IMG/VR virus record: IMGVR_UViG_3300020202_000064
Span: 30,000-93,999 of that record
Length of the DNA: 64,000 nucleotides
From: a virus
Reading direction: 5' to 3' (one strand)
Shown here: piece after piece, positions 34,029 to 45,012 of the stretch
How positions within the stretch are numbered: the first letter of the stretch is position 1
Layout: the number at the start of each line of letters is the position of its first letter
Translations under genes and position numbers: made by a program
Notes under the pieces: generated by a model
What the model was told of the DNA's origin: nothing
The model's database searches: none
What the model saw: only the letters and a program-made list of their open reading frames with translations

Positions 34029-34899
34029 ATAAATCCTTCCCCCATTCCATAATCTCTTCGTTATTCATGATACCAAAATCTTTCTTGGGTGGAAGCTTAA
34101 TTTCAACAACTCCATCATCAAAAAAATTATCAAGTTTACCCTTTATTTTCCGTGCCGCGTCTTGACCGGCAGTATGCTTTACATCGTTATTTGTCGCAAC
34201 GTAAATCTTATCGGGATTCAGGCCGACAAGTCGAGCAATTAATATTTGTGATATCGATGCCCCAAAAATAACCAGAACACACTTAAAGCCCGCCTCCCAA
34301 AGCGCCAACATATCACCCACGGATTCCACCAAAATTACGTGGCCGCTTTTTCGAATGTCTTCTTTATTAAAATACAGTGGATAAACCCAAGTAGAACTTT
34401 TTCCAATTTTCTTCCACGGTATAGAATGTTTACCCGGCTGCGCCCAACGTCCAGTCATCCCGTGAATACGTCCTTTTTCATCAAATATTGGAAAACAGAA
34501 ACGTCCATTCATGCTGTTATTAATGGACAGTCCACCACGAAAAAATTCTAACGTTCGACTGCTGACCCCTCGTCCGTTCCAATAATCATAAACCGGCATC
34601 AGGCGATTTAGGTCTTCCTCTTTAAAGAACACTTCAATCTCTAACTCTGGTTTTGTATAAGAATATTCCTTGGGTGCTTCGTTAGATTGGTCACCCTCTT
34701 GTTTACCAGCTAGCCGAAAAATGAGTTCAGTATGCTCTTTGTTATCTTGGTTGGCCGCACATCCATACGCCCCATCCCTAAAAATAAACAGGTGCGTCTT
34801 CTCGGGGTCACCCCCCGATGCCATACAAGCGGGGCAACCGGCGCGAAAGCCGTTGCTCATCTTGCGAAGATTAATAAGCTTGGAATGGTCTAAGGCCAT
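34009..34899 (-). CDS. DNA primase (Zn-binding + TOPRIM)
   Basis: CPAC, RFCFPI, TGR, LVESVGD, ATNND. Confidence 0.8.
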   Translation of the reverse strand: MALDHSKLINLRKMSNGFRAGCPACMASGGDPEKTHLFIFRDGAYGCAANQDNKEHTELIFRLAGKQEGDQSNEAPKEYSYTKPELEIEVFFKEEDLNRLMPVYDYWNGRGVSSRTLEFFRGGLSINNSMNGRFCFPIFDEKGRIHGMTGRWAQPGKHSIPWKKIGKSSTWVYPLYFNKEDIRKSGHVILVESVGDMLALWEAGFKCVLVIFGASISQILIARLVGLNPDKIYVATNNDVKHTAGQDAARKIKGKLDNFFDDGVVEIKLPPKKDFGIMNNEEIMEWGKDLYVRQKK

Positions 34900-34901
34900 T
34901 T

Positions 34902-36413
34902 TTAAATCGGAACAGTGTTACTATTATCGGTATGGTGGTGTAGGTCTGCTTTTCCTATCGAATTATTTTTAACCCATGTGCGGAAATCGGTCAACTCTTT
35001 TACATTGAATGATTCGATATTAAACAATAGGAAGTTGTCTGAATACTTATCCTTTCCATCTGAACCTTTATATTTAACAAACGAACTAAAACCCTGAGAC
35101 TGCGGCCCCTGATTACGAGTATAAAGAGGGAGAAGCATATGTGTGGCAAGTTCCTTAAATTGAGCATACTGTGCGTTGGTAAGTCGCTGTAACAGATAAA
35201 TGTTGGATGCAAATTGGCTGATTTGGTCAGAGAGACCAACTGCACGTCCATCTGAAATGATTTCGGATTCGTCTCTACCTTCGTTCAATCGATTAGCCTG
35301 TCCAGCGGTGAGGCAGTGATATCTTAATTCTACGGCTAGTTGTTTATGTGCATCAACTTTTTGCCCAACAAGTTGATAATCTTTAATGCCACCACCAAGG
35401 TCGTCTTGGCTACCCAATTTCACATAGTCAAGACATACAATCGTGTCGGTATCATCATTGACACCAACGTTCTTACCGTGCCAGCGACGAATAACACTGA
35501 GAATCTCTGGCAACTTCATATTGCCAACGTAGATATGGTCAATTGTATTATACCACGGTTTGATTAGCGCCCACACCGCACGAACCTTCTGTACCATCTC
35601 TTCGTTCTTACGCCAGAAACCAGTACGTAACCAATACTCCCCAACTCCACTTAACGAAGATACCATGCGGCGAACCTCACGCTCATAATCTAATTCGGTA
35701 TCGAGTACAAGAGTCTTGAAGCGACGATTATTCTTCTTAGATTGTTCAACACATTTGATAAGCGTACTAAGAAGCCAAGTTGACTTACCCGCCTTTGCAC
35801 GTGCGATAATAAAACTCATATCGCCAACGCTAAAGTCGCCAAACAATTCTCGGAACATCGGATATGGCGCTTCAACACCGTCAATACGAGGGTTATTACC
35901 AATAGTTTCAATGTGTTCCTCGGCACCCGAAAACAAATCCCGTGGTTCATTTTTACGAACTGAATCGAGAATATTTACTTCCCGATTAAATATCGAGTTA
36001 ACTTCGTTAAGTAGTTCAAGCCCGTTTTTGGTCTCTGTGTGATTTGTCTTGGCGACAATCTGCTGTCCCAAATTATTAAGCTTACGCTGGACGGTCTTAT
36101 TTGTAAGTTCGAGAACAATTGAATGTACCGATTCCTCAGATATACTAAGCTGGTCTAATCCCTCAATATAAATATCAGGTTCTACTTCTTCGCCAATACG
36201 CTGATTGCACGCTTTTAGATAATCGATTACAAGTAGCTTATTACAATCGCCCTTCTCCTTCTTTACAATCTTTATCGCCTGATAAATCGTTTGATGCGTC
36301 TTGCTAAAATCATCTTTGCTGATAATATTCGCATACTCGTCGATAAGAGAGGGGTTTTTTAATGCGGCGCTTAGAAAGTATTTTTCGTATTTAAGATGAT
36401 AAAGATTAGACAT
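34902..36413 (-). CDS. dnaB: DnaB-like replicative helicase
   Basis: ARAKAGKS, DTEL, LDYVK, GQANR. Confidence 0.88.
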   Translation of the reverse strand: MSNLYHLKYEKYFLSAALKNPSLIDEYANIISKDDFSKTHQTIYQAIKIVKKEKGDCNKLLVIDYLKACNQRIGEEVEPDIYIEGLDQLSISEESVHSIVLELTNKTVQRKLNNLGQQIVAKTNHTETKNGLELLNEVNSIFNREVNILDSVRKNEPRDLFSGAEEHIETIGNNPRIDGVEAPYPMFRELFGDFSVGDMSFIIARAKAGKSTWLLSTLIKCVEQSKKNNRRFKTLVLDTELDYEREVRRMVSSLSGVGEYWLRTGFWRKNEEMVQKVRAVWALIKPWYNTIDHIYVGNMKLPEILSVIRRWHGKNVGVNDDTDTIVCLDYVKLGSQDDLGGGIKDYQLVGQKVDAHKQLAVELRYHCLTAGQANRLNEGRDESEIISDGRAVGLSDQISQFASNIYLLQRLTNAQYAQFKELATHMLLPLYTRNQGPQSQGFSSFVKYKGSDGKDKYSDNFLLFNIESFNVKELTDFRTWVKNNSIGKADLHHHTDNSNTVPI

Positions 36414-36418
36414 GCAAA

Positions 36419-36841
36419 TTAGAGGACAATTTTATGGTTAGTCCAGAACCAAGCGGACGATAACTGTTCAATATCATCATCATATATCTCGATGAACATG
36501 ATGTTGTTTTGTTCACACCATTTTTGTTTATCTAAATCTCGCTTAACCGTTGATAAAAAATTCCATCTGCTACCCCGATGGAAATGAGGGTTATATTTTC
36601 TATGTGTGGCTTCCGGAGAAACTTCTATAGCTATGCGTTTATGAAAATTTAGCAAGTCTATTCGGAGTAAAGAGCCGGGAATTAGGAATTCCTCGCAAAC
36701 GGCAGGATGATTTTTCCAAAACGGATAAAGGAAATCCTTGACCGCTTTTTGAGGCTTACTTACCGCCCTATCCCAATTTATAAGATATTTCGCAATCGGC
36801 CAAGAGACTTCACGAGTTGAATTAAGTTTCTTTAATTTCAC
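36419..36841 (-). CDS. Vsr/DUF559-like endonuclease
   Basis: EEFLIPG..RIDLLN...IAIEV...RDLDKQKWC. Confidence 0.7.
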   Translation of the reverse strand: MKLKKLNSTREVSWPIAKYLINWDRAVSKPQKAVKDFLYPFWKNHPAVCEEFLIPGSLLRIDLLNFHKRIAIEVSPEATHRKYNPHFHRGSRWNFLSTVKRDLDKQKWCEQNNIMFIEIYDDDIEQLSSAWFWTNHKIVL

Positions 36842-37962
36842 GTGATGGTGTTCTGGACCTTCTTTAAGAAGAAACTAAGTATTTCCTTATTTTCCTCAAG
36901 ATAATCATATAGTTGATTTACACCTTGTACTTTTTCCTTAAGTTCGATTTTGGCGGCTTTAGCTTCTTCAATAATCTCCTTTTCAAAGGTCAGCCAAGAA
37001 CCAGCTTTGGTCGCCCAACCAAGACCGATAATAAAATCGACCACTTCTTTTTCAATCCAGATAGCGCAACCAACCCGTCCCTTCTTAATAGGAATCTTAA
37101 CCTTGGTTCCTGTCGCGTCGGTGGAGCCTTTCTTGATTTCGATAGATGAATATACACCGATAATCTTATTCTTCTGATAATCGGGTTGCTCATCTGGTTT
37201 TTCAAGAATATAATCACTCTTGAAACGGATACCGTATTCGAAGATATAATCAGATTGATGTCCAGCCGACGAGCCGCCGCCGCCAGCGGTTTGGTTAATA
37301 ACCGGATTATATTTATCCAATTGAATAACAACGCTGTATTGGCTCGTCATAAGGAGCATCGCGTCGTAGTAATTGATAGGGAGCGCCAAACGTCGAAACA
37401 TTAACTTCGTCAGTTTTTGAACGCCTGCGACTTGAGTTGTGTTTGTATAACCCTTGGTTGTCAAATCATCCTTGAGAATAAGACCGTCCAAGCTATCAAT
37501 AATAACGCATAGATGTTCTCCCAACTCATGCATTGACTTCAACAATGTCTCGATTGTATCTGCCACCGTCTCAAACACATTACATGGGAAGATGAAGACC
37601 GTACCATACTCCCAATCCTTCGCCTCGGTACAGAACTTGTGCCCACTCCGCATTTGCATTTCGGGAGACAAACGAGCTTCTGCCTTAATATAAATGGTCT
37701 TACTCTTGGGCATTTCCTTCATATAATTAGCAGCGAAAACGAACCCCTGCGAACTTTTACCCAATTCAAAACCCTTACCCGTAAGACGCACTGTGGAACC
37801 GCTACGTACCTTTACAATACTATCAAGAATCAAGCTGCCCGTAGATATAATCCTATTCTTCGGCGCTTCGAATGCATAGTGGTCTGCTTTTGTCGCTTTC
37901 AAAATCTTTTCCAAAACTTCGTTTGACGATTCTTTCTTTTCTTCTTTGTCTGCTTTAGCCAT
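36838..37962 (-). CDS. recA: RecA/UvsX-like recombinase
   Basis: ISTGSLILD, GKSS, IIDSLDGL, KAGSWL. Confidence 0.85.
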   Translation of the reverse strand: MAKADKEEKKESSNEVLEKILKATKADHYAFEAPKNRIISTGSLILDSIVKVRSGSTVRLTGKGFELGKSSQGFVFAANYMKEMPKSKTIYIKAEARLSPEMQMRSGHKFCTEAKDWEYGTVFIFPCNVFETVADTIETLLKSMHELGEHLCVIIDSLDGLILKDDLTTKGYTNTTQVAGVQKLTKLMFRRLALPINYYDAMLLMTSQYSVVIQLDKYNPVINQTAGGGGSSAGHQSDYIFEYGIRFKSDYILEKPDEQPDYQKNKIIGVYSSIEIKKGSTDATGTKVKIPIKKGRVGCAIWIEKEVVDFIIGLGWATKAGSWLTFEKEIIEEAKAAKIELKEKVQGVNQLYDYLEENKEILSFFLKKVQNTIT

Positions 37963-37964
37963 AA

Positions 37965-38396
37965 TTATTTAGTTGTTAAAATGTCCCGTAGAGAAAGTTG
38001 CTTCTTTGCGGGAACATAATCCTCCCCCACTTTTTCTTTACCCTCTACAATGTAGTCTTTGGCTTTCCAGTCAAGCTTACTCAGCCACCAAGCTTTTTCG
38101 ATTTCCGACTTACCCTGCCCGACAAACCATAACATACTTTTGATTTTATATGAAATGCGGAAATTGCGCCAGAACGTCGCATCTGGGTAACGCTTACATA
38201 AATTGTAAAACGTTCCCATTTCCAGTGACCAATTAACACCTTCCTCACTAACGAGGAAAGATTTTATAATTGCCAAGCATTCATCCTTGGAGAAAAGACC
38301 TTTGCGGGTGCGTTTGGGCACTACCGAATTGGGGTCTTTACGCGGACGACCACGCTTCTTTTTTACTTCTTGAGGAAAGATTTCGATTTGTTCCAT
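37965..38396 (-). CDS. hypothetical protein (AT-hook-like KRGRPRK)
   Basis: ORF in the replication operon; likely start 38396. Confidence 0.6.
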   Translation of the reverse strand: MEQIEIFPQEVKKKRGRPRKDPNSVVPKRTRKGLFSKDECLAIIKSFLVSEEGVNWSLEMGTFYNLCKRYPDATFWRNFRISYKIKSMLWFVGQGKSEIEKAWWLSKLDWKAKDYIVEGKEKVGEDYVPAKKQLSLRDILTTK

Positions 38397-38884
38397 AAGC
38401 CTTTTAAACCCAATTCTAGCATAAACTGTTTCCATTTATTAGCTGGGGTTTCTGACCGACCTAGATTGGCCCAGAAACAACACAATACTATATTATCTAG
38501 AGTATAAGGTTTGTCTCCATCAATTCTATCGGCGCTCACCGCTTTAGGATTTTTTCTAAATCCGTGAACTTTATCCATTTTCATACCGGTCCAATAACAA
38601 ACACCATCTTGCTTCTCCCATAAAGACTCTAAATCTTTAATAAGAGGTGGTTTGGGCCATCCGCGTTTAAAACATGTTTTCTTCATGTTCTTGCGAATAG
38701 TATTAAAAATGTTATTTTTCTGATAGAGTTTAGACAACTCTCTAACTCTATCAATATTTTTATCTCTCCATTTTTTTATTTTTTTATTAGTGCAATCTCT
38801 ACACCACGATGCGTAACCATCCCCTCTTATACCAAAACATGATTGGTGGCGATTGGTTTTACATTTTGGGCATCGCTTTTTCAT
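38363..38884 (-). CDS. His-Me finger/HNH-like homing endonuclease
   Basis: CPKC...CRDC; QDGVCYWTG...SADRIDGDKPYTLDNIVLCC...N. Confidence 0.75.
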   Translation of the reverse strand: MKKRCPKCKTNRHQSCFGIRGDGYASWCRDCTNKKIKKWRDKNIDRVRELSKLYQKNNIFNTIRKNMKKTCFKRGWPKPPLIKDLESLWEKQDGVCYWTGMKMDKVHGFRKNPKAVSADRIDGDKPYTLDNIVLCCFWANLGRSETPANKWKQFMLELGLKGLWNKSKSFLKK

Positions 38885-39876
38885 TTACGCACAACCCGTG
38901 GTTCTTTAAGATTCTGGTCTGCAAAAAGATACCTATATTGACGCCATCCGTAGAAATTTCCAATTTGTTCTTCACTATCTAAACATTGTGCTACATGTTC
39001 TGTTGGCGAAAGGTGACGTGGAACGCTGCCGAAAAGCCGGTCGCAAAGCTTGATATCAGCTTCGTAATCGTCTTTACCTTCAAAATTAAGATATGAAACA
39101 CGAGCGCATCGCGCAATAGCAATTTTGGCTTTTGAAATTTCGATTTGTTGGGGAGATGGCGCCCATCCACCATTCTGGGAAACTAATGATGTAACTAATC
39201 GATTAAATTCAATCTTATCCCCAAATGGTATATGCCATTCACCCGGTTGGAGTTTCTTAGGTTCGGATGTATTATACAATTCCAACATCTTATACGCAAG
39301 TGCTTGAAATTCGGGCTGGGCGTCAGGATGTGCACGGAGAGCGAAGAAGTTTTCGAATTCAGTTCCAGATAGGATAATACGAATATTGAACCACGGCTCC
39401 AAAATACGATTGGCAATTTGTTTATGAAGACCAAGCGCCATCAAGCCTTTAACTTTTTCAATAGCATCATCTCTAGCTTGCAGCCATTTAATTTGCGCCA
39501 ACTGCAAATCAGTCAGACCAAAATAATAACCTTCACCTTGCCGACGAGTCATCAACCCTTTTGGATAATACTTACTATCGGTTTCTAAAACATAATCAGA
39601 AACAAATACTTCTTTGTGGATAGTATTATCTAATTCCTCTTTAGCCTGCATTCCAGACTGATTCTTTCCCCACCAAACAGGCATGGCCGGATTATCAAGA
39701 ACCGATTGAATAATCTTCTCAACGGGAATTGCGCGCGAGGACGCCGCGTTCTTTGAAAAGACGCGATGCGTCATTAGCTCGCTATGAATAAAGCGAGGAT
39801 ATTCAAGGATAAACGTAGTAAGACGCTTCCCCTTTGGATTGATGCTATCTGCAATAATTTCGGCTTTAATACTCAT
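38881..39876 (-). CDS. thyX: FAD-dependent thymidylate synthase
   Basis: YPRFIHSELMTHRVFSKNAASSRAIP; HKQIANRILEP; LRAHPDAQPE. Confidence 0.92.
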   Translation of the reverse strand: MSIKAEIIADSINPKGKRLTTFILEYPRFIHSELMTHRVFSKNAASSRAIPVEKIIQSVLDNPAMPVWWGKNQSGMQAKEELDNTIHKEVFVSDYVLETDSKYYPKGLMTRRQGEGYYFGLTDLQLAQIKWLQARDDAIEKVKGLMALGLHKQIANRILEPWFNIRIILSGTEFENFFALRAHPDAQPEFQALAYKMLELYNTSEPKKLQPGEWHIPFGDKIEFNRLVTSLVSQNGGWAPSPQQIEISKAKIAIARCARVSYLNFEGKDDYEADIKLCDRLFGSVPRHLSPTEHVAQCLDSEEQIGNFYGWRQYRYLFADQNLKEPRVVRK

Positions 39877-40886
39877 GGATATAATTCAAATACTGGTTTT
39901 CTTACTGGATGCAAGCCATCTTCTAATCTCATATCCCATTCACACATCAAATGAATGTGGTCCTTGAACGGCATACGATTTGGGCGCCACCCAAGTTCCC
40001 TCTGCGCCAGTGAACTATCACCAACCAACTTTACAACTTCATTTGGACGAAAACGGGATTTGTCAATCTTCACATAGTCTTGCCAGCGGAGATTGAAATA
40101 TCCAAAAGCCAAGTCAAGGAATTCTTCGCCGCTATGGCAAGTTCCCGTGCAAATCACATAATCCTTTGGAGTTTCGCGCTGCAACATTTTCCACATCATT
40201 TCGCAGCCGAAATCAGACCAGTGTTCGTCACGGAAGAAATCGAGATTTCCAAGGGTTAGCTCCTTTAATTTACCAAGGTGGATTTGCGCCGCCGCATTGG
40301 TCACACGCCGAATGAAGAAGTCCTTTCCGCGATATTGGTTCGAATGATTAAAAAGAACGCCGTAACAAGCAAACAACCCCATCTGTCGATAAAACTTCAC
40401 CCATCGTGTTCCCATCTCCTTGCCGATGGAATAGGGTGAGCGGCAATCGTATTCAGATTCCTCATTATATGGACCGGGATTTGCCCCTCCAAATAGTTCA
40501 CTGGTTGCGGCGAAATATACTTTAGATTTTGGACAAATGTTTCTTACATTCTCCAATACATAGAAGACCGACATGCCATTTGTAATGGCGGTTGATTCCT
40601 GAGAGGTGAAGGAAAACCCAACGTGGCTCTGCGCGGCCAGCAAATAGATTTCATCTGCATCAGGATGCTTGGTTAGCAGCGTCTTGACCGACTGCATATC
40701 GGTCACATCACATAATTCAAAAGATAGGTTGGGGTTGTGGTTAAACAACGAATGGACCTCATCTCTCAGATTGATTGTATTGCGACGATACGTCCCAACA
40801 ATATTATAATCCTTAGCGAGAAGGAAATGCGAAAGACTCTTCGCATCCATTCCATTAATACCAAAAATAATTGCTTTTTTTCTCAT
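39873..40886 (-). CDS. gmd: GDP-mannose 4,6-dehydratase
   Basis: GINGMD, LAAQSHV, TSELFG, RSPYSIGK, LFNH, RFRPNEV. Confidence 0.9.
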   Translation of the reverse strand: MRKKAIIFGINGMDAKSLSHFLLAKDYNIVGTYRRNTINLRDEVHSLFNHNPNLSFELCDVTDMQSVKTLLTKHPDADEIYLLAAQSHVGFSFTSQESTAITNGMSVFYVLENVRNICPKSKVYFAATSELFGGANPGPYNEESEYDCRSPYSIGKEMGTRWVKFYRQMGLFACYGVLFNHSNQYRGKDFFIRRVTNAAAQIHLGKLKELTLGNLDFFRDEHWSDFGCEMMWKMLQRETPKDYVICTGTCHSGEEFLDLAFGYFNLRWQDYVKIDKSRFRPNEVVKLVGDSSLAQRELGWRPNRMPFKDHIHLMCEWDMRLEDGLHPVRKPVFELYP

Positions 40887-40941
40887 GCTATAAAACGATA
40901 AATGATATACCCAATCCATTTGAAAGGACTGGGAATATGAT

Positions 40942-41943
40942 TTATAGCATCACGAGAAGCTGTGTACCACCAACCAACTTACGATTAGTAGAAGTAGACT
41001 GAACGAATACTCTGAACTTACCGTGCGTCGCAGGATTTACTTTTACTTCGTGACTTGGCAAACCAAGCAACTGGCGAGCCTCAAGCCCTGCATAAATCTT
41101 GCCGCTAATCTTATCCTGTACGGCAACCTGCTTACCAGATTGGATTGTTTCTGGTTTCATCAGTTCATAATAGGCCGCGCCTTGGCGGAATGGAAGCTTC
41201 CATGATTCGACAAAGGGCTTTATGACCGCTTCTTTATGAACGTTCAAAATCTTGTAATCCACGCCATCTTTAAGCTCTACAAGATTCTGCTTAATCTGAG
41301 TTGCGCTTAGTTTTGTTGCATCCAAAGTAAAGAGCGATTTTGTACCACGGACACCAGTTGCGCGTGCGGCCATATAACTATTCGTTACATCGCGCATGAC
41401 ATTACCAACTTCCTGAATACCCTTACTATCGGTACTCCACTGTTTGATATTTTCCGCTGGGAATCCAAACTTCTTCGCCTCTGAAACACCAAGCGCATCC
41501 GGAACGAAGACTCCCAATGTCCAATTATCTGGAAGAGATTTAATCTTTCTTGCCAATTCAGACGCCGTTTTTGTACTCTGATTTTCTTGTCCATCGGTGA
41601 GGACGAAAATCAAAAATGCATGGTCGCCATATAGGGTTGCGGTCTTTTCCAAATCCTCAATCGATTTAAATGTAGCGTCGATAAGTGGCGTTCCACCATC
41701 TGGACGATAATCACTCGCGATACTTGGAAGCCGAAGAACATCCAAATCGTATGCAATACATTCTGTCTTAAATTGACTAAACGTATAAACGGATACACGA
41801 GTTTCCTGATTTGTTTCCTTTGAACGTTGCGCCAAATTTTGTATCTGGGCATCAAACACCTTGATTACCTCATCGGTTAGGTGTTGCATCGAACCGCTGG
41901 CGTCTAGCACCACGGCGATATGGTTAATGTAACTTTGCTTCAT
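40942..41943 (-). CDS. vWA domain protein
   Basis: VLDASGSM, GGTPLIDA, LTDGQEN. Confidence 0.88.
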   Translation of the reverse strand: MKQSYINHIAVVLDASGSMQHLTDEVIKVFDAQIQNLAQRSKETNQETRVSVYTFSQFKTECIAYDLDVLRLPSIASDYRPDGGTPLIDATFKSIEDLEKTATLYGDHAFLIFVLTDGQENQSTKTASELARKIKSLPDNWTLGVFVPDALGVSEAKKFGFPAENIKQWSTDSKGIQEVGNVMRDVTNSYMAARATGVRGTKSLFTLDATKLSATQIKQNLVELKDGVDYKILNVHKEAVIKPFVESWKLPFRQGAAYYELMKPETIQSGKQVAVQDKISGKIYAGLEARQLLGLPSHEVKVNPATHGKFRVFVQSTSTNRKLVGGTQLLVML

Positions 41944-41946
41944 ACT

Positions 41947-42960
41947 TTAATTTTTTCCTACTTTAACATAGTCCACACTTTTTAAGCCGTTAAGGTCTGA
42001 TGACCCGGCATAAGAGCATGCACTTTGCAAACTTTGTTCTATTTCAAGCAGCTTTTGCTTGTACATAAGATTATTACACGGAATTTGTGCTTCGAATCCT
42101 TCAATATTCCTAACTTCTTGACCAGCAAGGAGTTTATTTTTTTGTGACGCCGAACCGAAAAATGATTTATATTTGCGCTTTTCGTCTTCGTGGGTGAATT
42201 CCGCTGGACTGTCAATACATGCCGCAAAAATGCTTCCAGCCATTACCATTGTAGCACCGGCACGAATAGCCTTTGCGATGTCTCCGTTATTCCTAATGCC
42301 GCCATCTGCAATAATTGGAATCGGGGTAGTGGTTGGATATATTTCATTTTGTAAATATATTACAGAAGAAAAACAACCCCGAATGCAAGAAAACATTGGA
42401 ACGTGAAAGCCCGTTTGTGTTTTGGTGGAGCATACCCCGCCGCCAGCTATTCCAACTTTGGCTGCATCAGCGCCCCAAACCGCTAAATCGTTAACCGCTT
42501 GGGGGGTTGCCACGTTTCCAGCAATTATTCGAGGCTTCCTATCGTCAAAGTGTGACCGGATGTGTCGAATGGTATCTTTAACCTGTTGGGAATGACCATG
42601 CGCGACATCAATAGTAACGAAATCAACTCGATGATTTGTATTGTGGAATAACCATTCAATAAAATCCCAATCTGTAGATTTTACACCAACACTTATGCTA
42701 ATAGTGTTCCAGTTTTCCTCATTGGCGCGTTTTACAAACTCCTTATTATCACCAAATCTATGCATGATGTAGAAATATCCATTTTCAGACATCCATTTGG
42801 CGATGTTTGTGGATATTACCGACACCATGTTTGCCGGGACAACCGGTAGCTTCCACTTCTTACCCAAAAACCATACCCCAACATCAACATTGGAGCGGCT
42901 TTCTACTTCCGTATATCTTGGAACTAGATAAACCTCTTGATAACTTAGTGACTCTTCCAT
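41947..42960 (-). CDS. guaC: GMP reductase
   Basis: PVVPANM, MHRF, IDVAHGH, KVGIAGGGVCST, IADGGIR. Confidence 0.9.
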   Translation of the reverse strand: MEESLSYQEVYLVPRYTEVESRSNVDVGVWFLGKKWKLPVVPANMVSVISTNIAKWMSENGYFYIMHRFGDNKEFVKRANEENWNTISISVGVKSTDWDFIEWLFHNTNHRVDFVTIDVAHGHSQQVKDTIRHIRSHFDDRKPRIIAGNVATPQAVNDLAVWGADAAKVGIAGGGVCSTKTQTGFHVPMFSCIRGCFSSVIYLQNEIYPTTTPIPIIADGGIRNNGDIAKAIRAGATMVMAGSIFAACIDSPAEFTHEDEKRKYKSFFGSASQKNKLLAGQEVRNIEGFEAQIPCNNLMYKQKLLEIEQSLQSACSYAGSSDLNGLKSVDYVKVGKN

Positions 42961-43001
42961 TTCGCCATATTAGGGCGACTTATGGAAAATCTGTCAAGGG
43001 A

Positions 43002-43319
43002 TTACTTAGCTTTGCTTGAAAAATACACGTAAAGCCCTATGCCCGCCCACGTAACCAAGTGCGGCAAAAGGAGTTTAAAAACATCCCATTCCTTACCCTT
43101 ACGCTCGGTATCCTTGCTCTCTAATACCTTAAGACGACTTTCTAAGTCTTGAGTTTTTAGCGCCGCCGCCTGATGCGCTGCACTCCACTCAGCAAGATTT
43201 TGAGCCAATCTACTAAATTGGTTCTCAAACGCCGCGAAGCGCTCTTTCAGTGCGGTCAACTGAACTAAAATACTTATGTTATCGTCTTTTTGCATAGGAT
43301 GATTAGAATCCGAATTCAT
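43002..43319 (-). CDS. coiled-coil protein with C-terminal TM helix
   Basis: 105 aa; GTGTAA motif upstream. Confidence 0.6.
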   Translation of the reverse strand: MNSDSNHPMQKDDNISILVQLTALKERFAAFENQFSRLAQNLAEWSAAHQAAALKTQDLESRLKVLESKDTERKGKEWDVFKLLLPHLVTWAGIGLYVYFSSKAK

Positions 43320-43368
43320 GTGGTAAAAATAGGTATCTATATTTACACTCTAAAATGAGTAGATTATA

Positions 43369-45012
43369 TCACGATTCGCAACTTGTACAGGTAAGTATCT
43401 TACGCGATAGATTTTGTGCTGGATTTGCACCGCGTTGGTAGTAAAATGTCTTTATACCAAGCCTCCAACCCTCAATTAGTAAATCGCTAACGTCTTTTGG
43501 TTTTACATCAAATGCCACCATCAAATTGAGACTTTGAGACTGGTCAATAAACTTCTGACGTGTAGCGGCTTGTATTACAATTTCCTTCTGGCTTATTTCA
43601 CCGAAAGTTTTAAATACATCCTTTTCATGCGGAGAAAGAAATGTTAGATGTTGTACACTACCACCATGCAAGAGAATTGAAGCCCAAGTTTCATCATCGT
43701 TTTTGTTGTGTTTTGACAGCAACTCGATAAGATATGGATTTTTGTATGTGAAATTACCCTTTTCGAGCTTCTTAACAAAATAGTTACTATCCAAAGGTTC
43801 GATACTTTGAGAAACTTGACCTAATATGAAGGAAGAGGAAGTTGTCGGAGCGACAGCCATAGTTGTCACATTTCGCCGTCCCGTTCCCTTCAACAACTCT
43901 GGTTCACCGAAAATCGATGCTAATTGAGTAGTTGCTAGGTCACAACGTTCACGAATTGCCTTAAATATACGAGTATTGAGTAGCTTTGCCTCCAAACTTT
44001 CAAACGAAATCATCTTCGATTGTAGCAGAGAATGCCAGCCTAAGACACCCAAACCGACTGCACGCTGCGTTTTAGCAAAATTATGCGCCGATTCCATGTA
44101 CTTCATATTGGCTGTCTTATCAACAAATTCCTGATTTACGGCATCAAGAAAATAAATAAGAGTCTCCACCGCATCCGTCTTCTCAATTTCTTCCCAATGT
44201 AAGAGGTTAACCGAAGAAAGTACACATACGAATGATTCCGTCTCGGAAGTGGCCAACGCAATTTCGCTGCATAAGTTTGAAGCCCGAATCTTACGTCCAG
44301 TATCCTTATAAACTTGTGGCGCGTTATTATTAATGGTATCGGTAAAAAAGAGATACGGATAGCCGCTAGCAAACCGCTTCTTGATAATTTCACCCCAAAT
44401 TTTACGCTTTGCGCTATCGCCGCTGACCATATCCTGCATCCATGCGTCGGTTATTGTAACACCAATATTAATATCCTGAATAGGAAAACCGTCCGATTTA
44501 ATACGGAGAAATTCCAAGATATCAGGATGGTCCACTGGAAAGTAGGCCGCAAATGCCCCGCGACGGGCTGAAGACTGACTAACAACCTTGGCGCAGGAAT
44601 CGAATAACTCCATGAAATGAACAGGACCACTCGATTCACCACCCACGCTAATGGGACTGCCACGGGGCCGCAAATCGCCAAAATAAGCTGATGTGCCGCC
44701 ACCACGCTTTGTCATAATACCAATTTCGGAAACCTTATCGAAGATGGATTCAATATTATCTCCAACATAACTTCCATAACATGACACGGGCAAACCGCGC
44801 GACGTGCCGAAATTAATCCAAATGGGGGTCGCCAAGCTATAGAAGCCACGAGTTAAGTAATCCTCAAACTTCGCGGCAAAGCCGGGAATGTTGAGAATCC
44901 TTTCTGCGTTTTGGGCAATTTCAGTCATTCGAGCCTCGGGTGTGACGCCGGGGCGCAAATAATCGCGTTTCAAAAACAATCTAGAATCTTCGTTAAGCCA
45001 GTAATTTTTCAT
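43369..45012 (-). CDS. nrdA: ribonucleotide reductase class Ia alpha subunit
   Basis: RGLPVSC, GGGTS, SNLCSEI, APTTSSS, KTFYY, C-terminal CTSCES. Confidence 0.95.
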   Translation of the reverse strand: MKNYWLNEDSRLFLKRDYLRPGVTPEARMTEIAQNAERILNIPGFAAKFEDYLTRGFYSLATPIWINFGTSRGLPVSCYGSYVGDNIESIFDKVSEIGIMTKRGGGTSAYFGDLRPRGSPISVGGESSGPVHFMELFDSCAKVVSQSSARRGAFAAYFPVDHPDILEFLRIKSDGFPIQDINIGVTITDAWMQDMVSGDSAKRKIWGEIIKKRFASGYPYLFFTDTINNNAPQVYKDTGRKIRASNLCSEIALATSETESFVCVLSSVNLLHWEEIEKTDAVETLIYFLDAVNQEFVDKTANMKYMESAHNFAKTQRAVGLGVLGWHSLLQSKMISFESLEAKLLNTRIFKAIRERCDLATTQLASIFGEPELLKGTGRRNVTTMAVAPTTSSSFILGQVSQSIEPLDSNYFVKKLEKGNFTYKNPYLIELLSKHNKNDDETWASILLHGGSVQHLTFLSPHEKDVFKTFGEISQKEIVIQAATRQKFIDQSQSLNLMVAFDVKPKDVSDLLIEGWRLGIKTFYYQRGANPAQNLSRKILTCTSCES